Source: Nanobdellota archaeon
GTDB taxonomy: Archaea; Nanobdellota; Nanobdellia; Parvarchaeales; Parvarchaeaceae
Assembly: GCA_021802105.1 (NCBI GenBank)
Contig: JAKAAW010000001.1
Span: 8,150-72,149, forward strand
Length of the DNA: 64,000 bases
Direction: 5' to 3'
Shown here: one piece after another, positions 1 to 9,040 of the stretch
Numbering within the stretch: position 1 is the stretch's first letter
Layout: every line of letters begins with the position of its first letter
Position numbers and translations under genes: made by a program
Notes under the pieces: model-generated
The model's input: only the letters and a program-made list of their open reading frames with translations
Told to the model about the DNA's origin: nothing
Databases searched by the model: none

Positions 1-1
1 T

Positions 2-283
2 GAGGTACAGATACTGATGCTGGAGAGCGGAAGACAACCGAGAAGCTCACTCGGGAGACAGATACTGGAGCATATATCATCCGAATATAAAAGACTCCCT
101 TTCTCAAAGAGGTGGATAATTGAAAAGTTTGGACAAATAGCCGAGCTTGAATTAAGAAACCTGATCCGTGAAGGTATACTCTACGAATTCAACGCGCTTA
201 AAGAGAAAGATAACGGGCTTGTGTCTCAGTTCGAGCACACTATATTATTTGATGAAGGGAAAGCTATAGTTACCACTTTGTGA
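2..283 (+). CDS. map: Methionine aminopeptidase type II, C-terminal part (runs off window start)
   Basis: Frame open from position 2; C-terminal GLVSQFEHTI metal-ligand motif and helical insert (LPFSKRWI) typical of archaeal MetAP2. Confidence 0.88.
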   Translation, partial: EVQILMLESGRQPRSSLGRQILEHISSEYKRLPFSKRWIIEKFGQIAELELRNLIREGILYEFNALKEKDNGLVSQFEHTILFDEGKAIVTTL

Positions 284-284
284 T

Positions 285-1274
285 ATGGGCGTAAAACTTA
301 AGGATCTGGCGATAGGGAGGGAAATAAAGTTAAAGGACCTTTCGGGAAAGACCATTGCCGTCGACGCTTTTAATTGGATATACCAGTTTTTGACCACTAT
401 ACGCTTGGCAGACGGTTCGTACCTAACGGACAGGTCTGGAGATATAACATCCCACCTCAATGGGCTTTTTTATAGAACTATGAATCTACTGACGAATGAT
501 GTTACTCCCATATTTGTGTTTGACGGCTCCGCTCCAAAATTCAAAAAAGCGACCAACATAGAGAGGGCACGCATAAGGGAGGAGGCAAAGAAACGCGCAG
601 AGGAGGCTAAAACGGAGGAAGAAAGAGCGATGTACATGAAGCGCGCCGTTACCATAAATGATAAAATAATTTCTTCGTCAAAAGAACTGCTATCACTTAT
701 GGGTATAAACGTGATTCAAGCGCCGGCAGAAGGGGAAGCTGAGGCTGCGCACATAAACTCCAATGGCAGCGCGTATGGAGTTGCGTCTCAGGATTATGAC
801 GCACTTCTCTTTGGGGCGAATAAGTTGATCAGGAACCTAAATATAACAAATAGGAGAAAGCTTCCCAGCAAAGGAATTTCGACAGAGGTTCCCCCTGAAG
901 TGATAGATAAGAAGGCCTATGAGGATTTAGGCATAGACCGGGAGAAACTTGTACTGATAGCTCTGTTCATTGGTACAGATTACAACAGAGGCGTAAAGGG
1001 AATAGGCCCAAAGAAGGCTTTGGCCATAGTAAAAAAAGAGAAAAAGGAAGCGATTTTTAACTCCTATGATTTTGGCTGTGATTACAGCATAAATGAAGTC
1101 TTTGATTATTTCATGCATCCGAATGTCACTGATACGGAAACAGCGATTCCTCTACACATGGACAAAGGAAAGTTGATAGACTTTCTATGTGACAGGCATT
1201 CTTTTTCAAAAGAGAGAATGGAATCCTATCTTGACAAAATAAATAAGGAGGAATCCCTCCTAAAGTATGGATAA
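285..1274 (+). CDS. fen: Flap endonuclease 1
   Basis: MGV start, IAVDAFNWIYQFL, ITSHLNGLFYR, FVFDG, EGEAEAA, SQDYDALLFG, GTDYN-G-KGIGPKKA motifs. Confidence 0.97.
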   Translation: MGVKLKDLAIGREIKLKDLSGKTIAVDAFNWIYQFLTTIRLADGSYLTDRSGDITSHLNGLFYRTMNLLTNDVTPIFVFDGSAPKFKKATNIERARIREEAKKRAEEAKTEEERAMYMKRAVTINDKIISSSKELLSLMGINVIQAPAEGEAEAAHINSNGSAYGVASQDYDALLFGANKLIRNLNITNRRKLPSKGISTEVPPEVIDKKAYEDLGIDREKLVLIALFIGTDYNRGVKGIGPKKALAIVKKEKKEAIFNSYDFGCDYSINEVFDYFMHPNVTDTETAIPLHMDKGKLIDFLCDRHSFSKERMESYLDKINKEESLLKYG

Positions 1275-1548
1275 TAAAAGCGAGCCTCTCGAAGAGAGGG
1301 CCATTGCCGAAAGAATCAGGATGGAAGAAGTGTTCGGAAAACTTGTAAGAAAGGATAACGGCCATATCGCAGACGAATTCTTAAGTATGGCTGAAAACTA
1401 TTTCAAAGACTCAAAGTACTTCTTTGGAGAAGGCGATATAGTAAGAGCTTTTGAGGCAGTGGTTATAAGCTGGTCTTATATAGATGCAGGTATAAAGGCC
1501 GGTTTTTTCTCCGTACCTGAAGAACTTAGGGAATATTTTACCTCATAG
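1267..1548 (+). CDS. DUF357-like small helical protein
   Basis: MAENYFKDSKYF...GD..RAF...SW.YIDAG pattern of archaeal DUF357; overlaps fen stop. Confidence 0.75.
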   Translation: MDNKSEPLEERAIAERIRMEEVFGKLVRKDNGHIADEFLSMAENYFKDSKYFFGEGDIVRAFEAVVISWSYIDAGIKAGFFSVPEELREYFTS

Positions 1549-1648
1549 TCTCCCCTACGCCATGTCATAGCGATAATTGTAAAACAATAATTTTCACTAC
1601 TTTATTGTTAAAGAAAGATTTATATATTATGGAGATAGTAAAAATAGA

Positions 1649-2860
1649 ATGGTCGAGGGAAGAGAGAGAGTATCAGCCGCGGTAATACTCATAATTTTCC
1701 TTATAGCAGCAGTATTCGTTTACCTTATACTTTTACCACCGCCAGTCGCTTATAGATTGGTATACGGGAACTTCAGTAACCAGACCTCTCCATCGCAGGT
1801 GCAGAATCAGACGCCAATACCTCAGTCATTTTACTATCCTATAAGCTCATATCTAGGCGGCAATCCAAATGCACAGAATTACAGTTATACTATGGGCACA
1901 TTCGGCGTGTCGTATAATGTTTATAATTCCACCCTCTCTAACAGTGCTCCGTTTGAGTTGACATCCTCCATATTCGGTTCGTCATCTTACAATATAGGTT
2001 TCAATGGCAGCTCTTCTGACAATTATTTCATAAAACTGGATATAGGGAAAGTGTCCGGTTCACCACGTCTTAAAGTATCCCTTAATGGAGTGTACTTCTA
2101 TACCTCAATCCCTATTAGCGGCGAGAATCTGATTTTGCGCGTTCCTAGAATCAATAATGGGAAAAATGTTATATCGGTATATAATTATCTTAACGGGTTT
2201 GCCTTCTCCCAGTCAATAGACTTTTCGAATGTCTCAATAACGCAGATGTACAGCGTATCAGTGGAACACTCTATCTCTACAACGATACCAACAATAGGTG
2301 GATTAGGAAACTTCTACATTCAGCTCACTCCGATAGGCCAAGGTAATCTGTCAGTGGACATAAACAATCAGAATTTAATAGACATGTTATCTGGCAACGA
2401 CACGCAAATGACTGTAAGAATGTCGCCAAATATAGTCAATGGTGCCGTTTCACCATCAGCGTCGCCTATAGTTCCTGCTAAATTCAACACCAGCTTTACC
2501 GTGATAGGTGCAAACAGCTCATACGTCCTAGCTAATGTAGGCATAGTATACGCTGCACTTGTAATCCCTCCTCACAGTCTTACTATCCCTTACATAATAC
2601 CAAAAACATCCGGTGAATACATGCTTACATTTTACCTGAACTCCATAATAAAACAAGGATCGGTAAGTTTCTATTTTTACCCCTCCGGACAGTCCTTCCA
2701 GATACCATTCTCAAACCTTACTGTGGGGGAGAACGTTCTGATACTTCCTATATCCGCTATCTCAGGCCAGACATCAAGCGGAAATTACACAGGTACACTT
2801 TCAGTATCATCTACAGGGCTTATGATACCACAGTATGTCGACATAAAACCGACTTCCTAA
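1649..2860 (+). CDS. N-terminally anchored extracellular beta-rich protein, probably pilus-associated
   Basis: Single N-terminal hydrophobic helix ending YLILLPP; S/N/T-rich with many N-x-S/T sequons; TTTATA at 1619. Confidence 0.6.
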   Translation: MVEGRERVSAAVILIIFLIAAVFVYLILLPPPVAYRLVYGNFSNQTSPSQVQNQTPIPQSFYYPISSYLGGNPNAQNYSYTMGTFGVSYNVYNSTLSNSAPFELTSSIFGSSSYNIGFNGSSSDNYFIKLDIGKVSGSPRLKVSLNGVYFYTSIPISGENLILRVPRINNGKNVISVYNYLNGFAFSQSIDFSNVSITQMYSVSVEHSISTTIPTIGGLGNFYIQLTPIGQGNLSVDINNQNLIDMLSGNDTQMTVRMSPNIVNGAVSPSASPIVPAKFNTSFTVIGANSSYVLANVGIVYAALVIPPHSLTIPYIIPKTSGEYMLTFYLNSIIKQGSVSFYFYPSGQSFQIPFSNLTVGENVLILPISAISGQTSSGNYTGTLSVSSTGLMIPQYVDIKPTS

Positions 2861-2900
2861 GGCACTATCTAAAAAACTTTATAATTGCATGGAGATTTAT

Positions 2901-3187
2901 CAATGTGAGCAGAAAACCCACACTCTTTAAAGGCAGGATAAAAGTGGACTGAAAGAATGGAAAACATAAATAGCAGGAGGGCAAAGTAACAATATGCTGA
3001 CGGCATACAAATTCAGGCTGTATCCAAACAAAGAGCAAATAGAGACATCCTCCAACTACTTCGGCTGCAGCAGATTCTTTGGATACCTAAAGTACAAGGT
3101 AGTAAAGCAGGGGCCATACACCCCCGGGAAGCTTAAGCTTTCGATATGAACTGGGATCTCATGGATGAATACATAGGAGGATGTCAC
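2901..3187 (+). mobile_element. Internally deleted IS200/IS605-family (tnpB-type) element, copy 1
   Basis: Left end homologous to 25505 copy; tnpB fragment 2994-3149 (MLTAYKFRLYPNKEQ...FGCSR then FFGYLKYK); right end GGAGGATGTCAC; TTTAT immediately upstream. Confidence 0.85.
2994..3149 (+). pseudogene. tnpB: tnpB remnant (51 aa)
   Basis: AYKFRLYPNKEQ is the TnpB N-terminal HTH signature; fused to an internal LKYK fragment; no RuvC or Zn finger. Confidence 0.8.
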
Positions 3188-3195
3188 GATCACTT

Positions 3196-4557
3196 ATGAG
3201 AGCGTTTGGGTTTAGAAAGACCCCCAAAAAGTCTGATAAGGACACATCCTTTGAAGATTTACAAAAGAAAACCGAAGAGCTGCAAGCTCGAAAATATGAA
3301 GCGGAGATAAAAGAAATACAGAGAGAGAGTCGGAATCGGACGCAAATATTCGATTTTGAAACTTTAAGAAGGAATACAAAACGCCGCGCCGCAGTAATAT
3401 TTATCGTACTTCTCGTTATATCACCTGTAATAGTTTTCTTCTTTTTATCATCGACATCGCATCAGGGACCGTTCGCTTACAATCTTGAAGCTTATTACAC
3501 CAGCGTTTTCGCCCCAGTGAGCTCTCTTATATCCCCTCTTTTTGGCATTGTAACAAGCCAGCTAGCCTGTATAGGCAACCCAGTAGTGTGCGTAGGGCAG
3601 CAGACTACGAATATAACGGTCGTTGTATACCCTACTTTCACGTCTTTTGTAACGGTTACACCTGCTTCAAGCATACAGACTGTTTTCCTCACTGGAAATG
3701 ACACGCCGGCTAACCTGTTTTATACGGTATCAAATAACGCAAACGTTCCACTAGGAGCATCTACGAACAACGCCTTATTCCTCAACGAATCATGCGGTAG
3801 CACTGACAATCCTGCTGAGGCACATATCTGTGTCGTGACGACATCACCAAAAGTGATCCTAAGCAACGCCTCTTTTTCTAGTGTTTTGCTGTCCAAACAG
3901 ACCCTAACAAATGAAACAAAGATGTCAGTATCCTGTCCATCGAAAAGTTCTAACATAGCACTGCCGACATTATCCTCGTTGATACTAAATTTCACAATAA
4001 AGAATTACAGCGCTGGTTCCATACTACCTGTGCAATTCGTCAGCCAGCAGTTCAGTCAGCAGCTTCTCGCTTCGTCACAACCGCTCGAGCCTAACTTACC
4101 ATCAGTCTCGTTTGTCAGTCCGGGTCCTCTACAGATAGTAATGAGTGTAGTAGAGCCCATGCCCATAATAACTGGCACTGGAAACATCCCTATCACCATA
4201 ACCGTTAAAAACAATGGTGTAGGGGCAAACGCTTACAAAGTGAACTCGTTGTCTATATTCTTACCAAAGAGCATGTGGCCTACCAGCCCTCAAGGTAGCG
4301 GGTGGAAATGTGTATCATCCACCAGTTCGATAAAGATGCAGTTCGCCATACCTGGAAGTTCTTACTGGGTCTGCACTAACACGGAAAGTACACAACAACT
4401 CCAGTCAGCAGGAACCCAGTTTGTTCTGCCTCAGATAACTTCTCTGAGTTCACTCCACTTCAACACAGTGCCGATATTTGCTTACATGAATTACAATTAC
4501 TATGAATATATGAACATGCCTTACAAGATAAGTGCATCTGGTTCGGTGTGTGGTTAG
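3196..4557 (+). CDS. Membrane-anchored extracellular protein with tandem beta-sandwich domains (pilus-associated, paralog group A)
   Basis: Charged cytoplasmic N-terminus, one TM helix, GPLQI...ITVKNNGVG...YNY motif; ATG at 3181 lies inside the IS right end so 3196 is preferred. Confidence 0.6.
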   Translation: MRAFGFRKTPKKSDKDTSFEDLQKKTEELQARKYEAEIKEIQRESRNRTQIFDFETLRRNTKRRAAVIFIVLLVISPVIVFFFLSSTSHQGPFAYNLEAYYTSVFAPVSSLISPLFGIVTSQLACIGNPVVCVGQQTTNITVVVYPTFTSFVTVTPASSIQTVFLTGNDTPANLFYTVSNNANVPLGASTNNALFLNESCGSTDNPAEAHICVVTTSPKVILSNASFSSVLLSKQTLTNETKMSVSCPSKSSNIALPTLSSLILNFTIKNYSAGSILPVQFVSQQFSQQLLASSQPLEPNLPSVSFVSPGPLQIVMSVVEPMPIITGTGNIPITITVKNNGVGANAYKVNSLSIFLPKSMWPTSPQGSGWKCVSSTSSIKMQFAIPGSSYWVCTNTESTQQLQSAGTQFVLPQITSLSSLHFNTVPIFAYMNYNYYEYMNMPYKISASGSVCG

Positions 4558-4561
4558 ACAT

Positions 4562-5512
4562 ATGCACATTTACGATAAAAAAGGAGCTACGAGCCTTTCC
4601 TTGCTTATAGTTGTAGCTTTCATCGTCATAGTATTGATAGTGTTGTTATCACTTCCTTCGATAAGCATAGATCTGAATCTTTTTTCAACGGCTCCGAAGT
4701 TAAACATTACTCAGGGGGTAGCAGTTTCATCCATAAGCGCACCATCAAGCGTCTCTCCATCATCGTTTTTCAATATAAACATGTACGTATCAAATAATAT
4801 AAACGGCAAAGCAGCCTCCAACATAAACCTATGCCTTGATAACGTTGGTATATTTACCGTTACGTCCGCGCAATCATGCATAAGGATACCTAACATGTTC
4901 AGCGGCTCAAGGATTCCGGAGACCTTCTCACTTCATACACCACCTAACAACGCTTACGGTAATATACCATACACACAAATCATAGGCTATTATCTAAATT
5001 ACTCTTACAGTGCTAGTGCATCCCAGTCGTTTGAATTTATATCGCAGCAGGCGTATAACAACGGCAATTACCCCCCTCCTTCACTATCTTCCTTTGGTAA
5101 CACAGCAGGGCCAATCTCAATATTTACAAGCGCTCAGCAGCCTCAGATTTATGGGTCTACTGCGCAAGCAGAGCTAATCTTATCCAATGTTGGCGATGGA
5201 ATAGTCCTCGGGCCTGTCCACGTGTCTATATCTATGGACTCAAATCAGATAGAAGTCAGCCCAGATATCTTCGGTTTTACAACCCAGAAATATGCCAACG
5301 GCACAACCATTTTTACTGGCAGCTTACCAATAAGCACAACAACAGAAAACATAACTATACCGATAGTGCTTAACCCAACCAAAGAGTCCTCTCTGTCGTC
5401 ATCGGGAGTGCCTTACTTCTCTGCGAATATGCAAATCTCCATATCCTATTCGTACGAGGTGGATGGTTTCATGCCGGTCAAACTCAATGTCGTAAACTAT
5501 TTCGTAGGATAA
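4562..5512 (+). CDS. Pilin-like protein with class III signal peptide (paralog group A)
   Basis: KKG|ATSLSLLIVVAFIVIVLIVLL; GPISI...LSNVGDG...YSY motif. Confidence 0.65.
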   Translation: MHIYDKKGATSLSLLIVVAFIVIVLIVLLSLPSISIDLNLFSTAPKLNITQGVAVSSISAPSSVSPSSFFNINMYVSNNINGKAASNINLCLDNVGIFTVTSAQSCIRIPNMFSGSRIPETFSLHTPPNNAYGNIPYTQIIGYYLNYSYSASASQSFEFISQQAYNNGNYPPPSLSSFGNTAGPISIFTSAQQPQIYGSTAQAELILSNVGDGIVLGPVHVSISMDSNQIEVSPDIFGFTTQKYANGTTIFTGSLPISTTTENITIPIVLNPTKESSLSSSGVPYFSANMQISISYSYEVDGFMPVKLNVVNYFVG

Positions 5513-5513
5513 T

Positions 5514-6383
5514 ATGACAAAAAGAGCCCAAGCGCCGAGTGTATTATTCGTTGCGATAGCCGTGATAATAGTACTTATCGCAGTGGCTTTTTTGTTTTAT
5601 TCTGGAGTGCTCGGGCAGTTACATGGTCCTAAGATTCTGGCACTTATACCAGTCTCTGTAAATGCTACTTCTTCCATACCTCTCACTAATATGTATGCAG
5701 ATACTCCTTTCAATGTTTCGTCTATAGTCTCCAACTCAGGAAACAAGACTCTCGACGTGTCAGTACTCGGCTACGGCTGTAATCTTGCATCGGGAATGCA
5801 GGATAAGATGAATTTGGCAGTGCCTCCTGGAAACAGCAGCTCCTTCAACTGGACTTTTGTATCCCCTGGCAGCGGTAGCTGTGAGATACAGTTCACCGCA
5901 TGTTTCAACGCAACATCTAATGCGTCTTACTCGCTGCTTCTGGCAAATCCGACATTCACAGGGACACTCCCGACTGCACTGTCGGAGTCATCGGCTTCCC
6001 CAGTAAGTCTTTATCTTGGTGGATTCTCCGGTAGTATAAGAGCACCAGAATACCCTCTTAATAAGACCTTCTTTGTTTATGCAGATGTACAGGGTACAGG
6101 TTTGCTTAAAAACTCGTCCCTAAACTGGTTAGCATTAAATGTGACTGGATCTGCTTACATTCAGCTTGCTAGATTATATAACATAAAAGATTCGTCTATT
6201 AACATAACCAACGCCATCGCCCTGGGGCAGCTGTACGATAGCGGCAGTATGGAACTCCCTATACAAATTGTATTGGACCCCGTTGCAAATCCGCCAGGCT
6301 ATTCTCAAGATACCAACATAACGATTACTTCAGGATATACATACTGCATGCTATCAAAATCTCTGACGGCTTCCATCGGTTAA
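5514..6383 (+). CDS. Pilin-like protein with class III signal peptide (paralog group A)
   Basis: KRA|QAPSVLFVAIAVIIVLIAVAFL; SPVSL...VQGTG...YTY motif. Confidence 0.7.
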   Translation: MTKRAQAPSVLFVAIAVIIVLIAVAFLFYSGVLGQLHGPKILALIPVSVNATSSIPLTNMYADTPFNVSSIVSNSGNKTLDVSVLGYGCNLASGMQDKMNLAVPPGNSSSFNWTFVSPGSGSCEIQFTACFNATSNASYSLLLANPTFTGTLPTALSESSASPVSLYLGGFSGSIRAPEYPLNKTFFVYADVQGTGLLKNSSLNWLALNVTGSAYIQLARLYNIKDSSINITNAIALGQLYDSGSMELPIQIVLDPVANPPGYSQDTNITITSGYTYCMLSKSLTASIG

Positions 6384-7124
6384 CTAATGTTCTACAAAAC
6401 TTTCTAAGTTTTCTTTTTCTACAGGGCTAACCTCAGAGGGTATCACTATTGCAAGAGGGGGTTTGTCCACGTTCTTGCCGGAAGAAACAAAGAACATGCG
6501 CTGATTGGCGCTCCCCATGAGCGACATACAAACTACATTAGCCCAGTTTATTATTTTCGATCCTCGTTTCTTCTCTATCTCTTTTAAGACTTTCACAGCA
6601 GCCTGTAGATCAACGAACTCGTTTTCTGTCTTTGCCTCTAAAAGAATAAGGCTATGAAATCCAGATTTTAAGTTCTTTTCGATAGTATCAAAGAAGCTTT
6701 CAGGTTTAAAGGCGTCTGTATAGATGGGTATGCTGCAAACGGCACCGAATTTATACAGCGAGAGACCTGTTTCCGCTGCTGCGGTAAGTATGCTGCCGGC
6801 GTGAATAACCTCATATTTTATGTCTCTTCTTTTGCACTCGGCAAGGAGAGAGACATGCGTAGTAGCAAACAACGGGTCCCCTGGCACGAGAAGTGCCACG
6901 TTTGAATCCCTAGCCATAGAAACTATACTGTCGTTTTCTGCCTCGTCTCTGCCGATAACTTTTACCTGTTTTCCGACTAATTTTTCTATATCGTTTAGCG
7001 CACCTATGTCGTTTGTATTCGTGTATCTCTCAAGGAACACATGATCGCACTTACTTATAACAGATATCGCTCTCAGAGGCACGTCATTTAAGTAATATAA
7101 ACCAGTACCCAATAGATATAACAT
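6384..7124 (-). CDS. dph5: Diphthine synthase
   Basis: MLYLLGTGL, VFLERYT, LLVPGDPLFATTH, GLSLYKFG, GFHSLILL. Confidence 0.95.
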   Translation of the reverse strand: MLYLLGTGLYYLNDVPLRAISVISKCDHVFLERYTNTNDIGALNDIEKLVGKQVKVIGRDEAENDSIVSMARDSNVALLVPGDPLFATTHVSLLAECKRRDIKYEVIHAGSILTAAAETGLSLYKFGAVCSIPIYTDAFKPESFFDTIEKNLKSGFHSLILLEAKTENEFVDLQAAVKVLKEIEKKRGSKIINWANVVCMSLMGSANQRMFFVSSGKNVDKPPLAIVIPSEVSPVEKENLESFVEH

Positions 7125-7967
7125 ATGATATCATATTTAGTATCGCTTATATCTATATTCGCAATCGCAACAATGTCTCTTGCCGCTTATTTCGATATAA
7201 GAACGCGGGAAGTGCCTGATTTTATCAGCTACCTAATGGTAGCAGGAGGGTTGTCTATTAACTTAGCTATTTCAATTACTTCAGGATCGATACTAAACTT
7301 AGAATTTCTTCCTTTAGCTATTCTACTTCTTTTTGGATTCTCATACCTTATGTATAGGTCAGGCCAATGGGGAGGAGGGGACGTTAAGTTAATGTTAGGT
7401 CTGTCCATGATTTTTACCGCAGGGGACCTTTTTTCACACTTCTCATTTATAGCTCTTTTCATAAACATGCTTATCTTTGGGGGGCTCTATGGAATAGTTG
7501 GAACCGTCGTATACGGGCTCGCCAAAATTAAAAAACTTTATCGCTTTCTGAAGATTTATGATATTCTACTAGTTGGTGTTGGTGCAGCTGCCATAACACT
7601 TATAGTTCTGTATATCCCAGCCCCATTCAGCTTCCTTATAGCGTTCTCAGCGTTTCTTCTTGTATCTATGAGGTATATCTATATAGTGGCCCAGAACTTG
7701 ATGTTCATAGACACTAGCGTAAATAAGCTGACAGAGGGCGATTGGCTTGCAGATGATGTAAAGGACGGATCTGGGAAAATAATAGTAAAACGTAGGCAGA
7801 CAGGGCTTCTGTTGGAGGACATAAAGAAACTTAAAGATCATGGCGTGAAAACAGTCCTAATCAAGATAGGTCTACCTTTTGTGCCCGGTTTATTAGCAGG
7901 AGTGGTGATTACGGTTGTTATTGGAAATCCCCTACTCCATCTAGTAGTTTTAAACACAGGACTATAA
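7125..7967 (+). CDS. Prepilin peptidase, A24 family (large multi-TM archaeal type)
   Basis: Catalytic Asp motifs FDIRTREVPD and GGGDVKL; LTEGDW and C-terminal LPFVP; many TM helices. Confidence 0.9.
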   Translation: MISYLVSLISIFAIATMSLAAYFDIRTREVPDFISYLMVAGGLSINLAISITSGSILNLEFLPLAILLLFGFSYLMYRSGQWGGGDVKLMLGLSMIFTAGDLFSHFSFIALFINMLIFGGLYGIVGTVVYGLAKIKKLYRFLKIYDILLVGVGAAAITLIVLYIPAPFSFLIAFSAFLLVSMRYIYIVAQNLMFIDTSVNKLTEGDWLADDVKDGSGKIIVKRRQTGLLLEDIKKLKDHGVKTVLIKIGLPFVPGLLAGVVITVVIGNPLLHLVVLNTGL

Positions 7968-7979
7968 TCAACAATAGTT

Positions 7980-8084
7980 TTAAGCTTGCTCCTCAAAAAG
8001 AGATCCATCTCTTTCTAGATCGTAATCCTCATCAGGGTCGTCGTAGCTGTCGTCCCTGAATGCCATGTTCTCCTTTCTTCTCAT
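7980..8084 (-). CDS. Possible 34-aa acidic micro-protein
   Basis: MRRKENMAFRDDSYDDPDEDYDLERDGSLFEEQA; fills an otherwise AT-rich intergenic gap. Confidence 0.35.
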   Translation of the reverse strand: MRRKENMAFRDDSYDDPDEDYDLERDGSLFEEQA

Positions 8085-8258
8085 ATTTTTATTCTCTGAA
8101 CAGATAAATAATCTAATCTTTACTATCTTTCTGTAACAATTATATATCACATCTTGTATTTAAATCTTCTTTGTAAAACCAATATTTTTACATTACATAT
8201 AAATAATCACTATCTAGTAAGAAAAGTATTTATATCTTATAATCTCTATACATGCATT

Positions 8259-8897
8259 ATGAGTAACTTAGAAAACAAGCTGTTTGAGAAAGGGGACAAA
8301 GTAAATAAAGACACCAGACAGTCTAATTACTCTATAAACAAGACATTTGCAAAGGTAGAACTGGAGTTGTATCTCGTAGGAGAGGGACTGAAACCAGCTT
8401 TCTTAGAAGGAGTTAGAAAAGACAGTTCCGAGATAGCGCTAATCAGAAAAAGAGCTAAGCAGTATAACATAAATTACATAACGGCAGAAAGGCCTTACTC
8501 TATTCTTTTAGTAGGTGGAAAGAATTCAAGTGCTGTCATGGACAGCGTATTAAATGGTGACACTGAAAAGATAGGACTGTCACTCGGTTATCCAGAGGAC
8601 GCAGTAAAATACTTCTCTAAGGAATTTGGTAAAAGGCGTGTAGCCGAAGAGAACTTCCAGTATCCCATATTAAAAGCCAAAAACGAAGGTAAAGAGATAC
8701 CCGATTGGCTGGCTTACATTAGCTATATCCCGGAGAAACTTGATATAATAAATGGAAACGTTTCTGATAGCAGCAGGTGTCTTGGGGAGAGATATATGAA
8801 TTACGTACGTAAAAACAACCCATATCTTGCAGAAGTTGTAGAGTCCTCTTTCAAGAGGTATATTGATACCCTTTATCGCTCGAAACATGTCCACTGA
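8259..8897 (+). CDS. Hypothetical protein (G..LGYP...V..F motif)
   Basis: Start re-called at 8259 (TTTATA at 8229); no confident family. Confidence 0.65.
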   Translation: MSNLENKLFEKGDKVNKDTRQSNYSINKTFAKVELELYLVGEGLKPAFLEGVRKDSSEIALIRKRAKQYNINYITAERPYSILLVGGKNSSAVMDSVLNGDTEKIGLSLGYPEDAVKYFSKEFGKRRVAEENFQYPILKAKNEGKEIPDWLAYISYIPEKLDIINGNVSDSSRCLGERYMNYVRKNNPYLAEVVESSFKRYIDTLYRSKHVH

Positions 8898-8935
8898 CAG
8901 CCTTTTTCAGGCAGCTTTCGGGCGTAAGCTACAAA

Positions 8936-8950
8936 CAAAAAGTTTATAAA
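8936..8950 (+). promoter_or_regulatory. BRE/TATA promoter of the 23S rRNA gene
   Basis: AAAAAGTTTATAAA about 90 nt upstream of the processing stem. Confidence 0.6.
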
Positions 8951-9040
8951 GCATATACTGCCTATTAGATATTTGTCAAACGCATGCACTTCATTATAAT
9001 TTATTATAAGGAAGCAAGAGTCGAAATGCTTATAGCATTT

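Noticed and set aside
3181-3195. ORF-track start at 3181
   Set aside because: That ATG is part of the IS right end GGAGGATGTCAC; the ancestral start is more likely 3196
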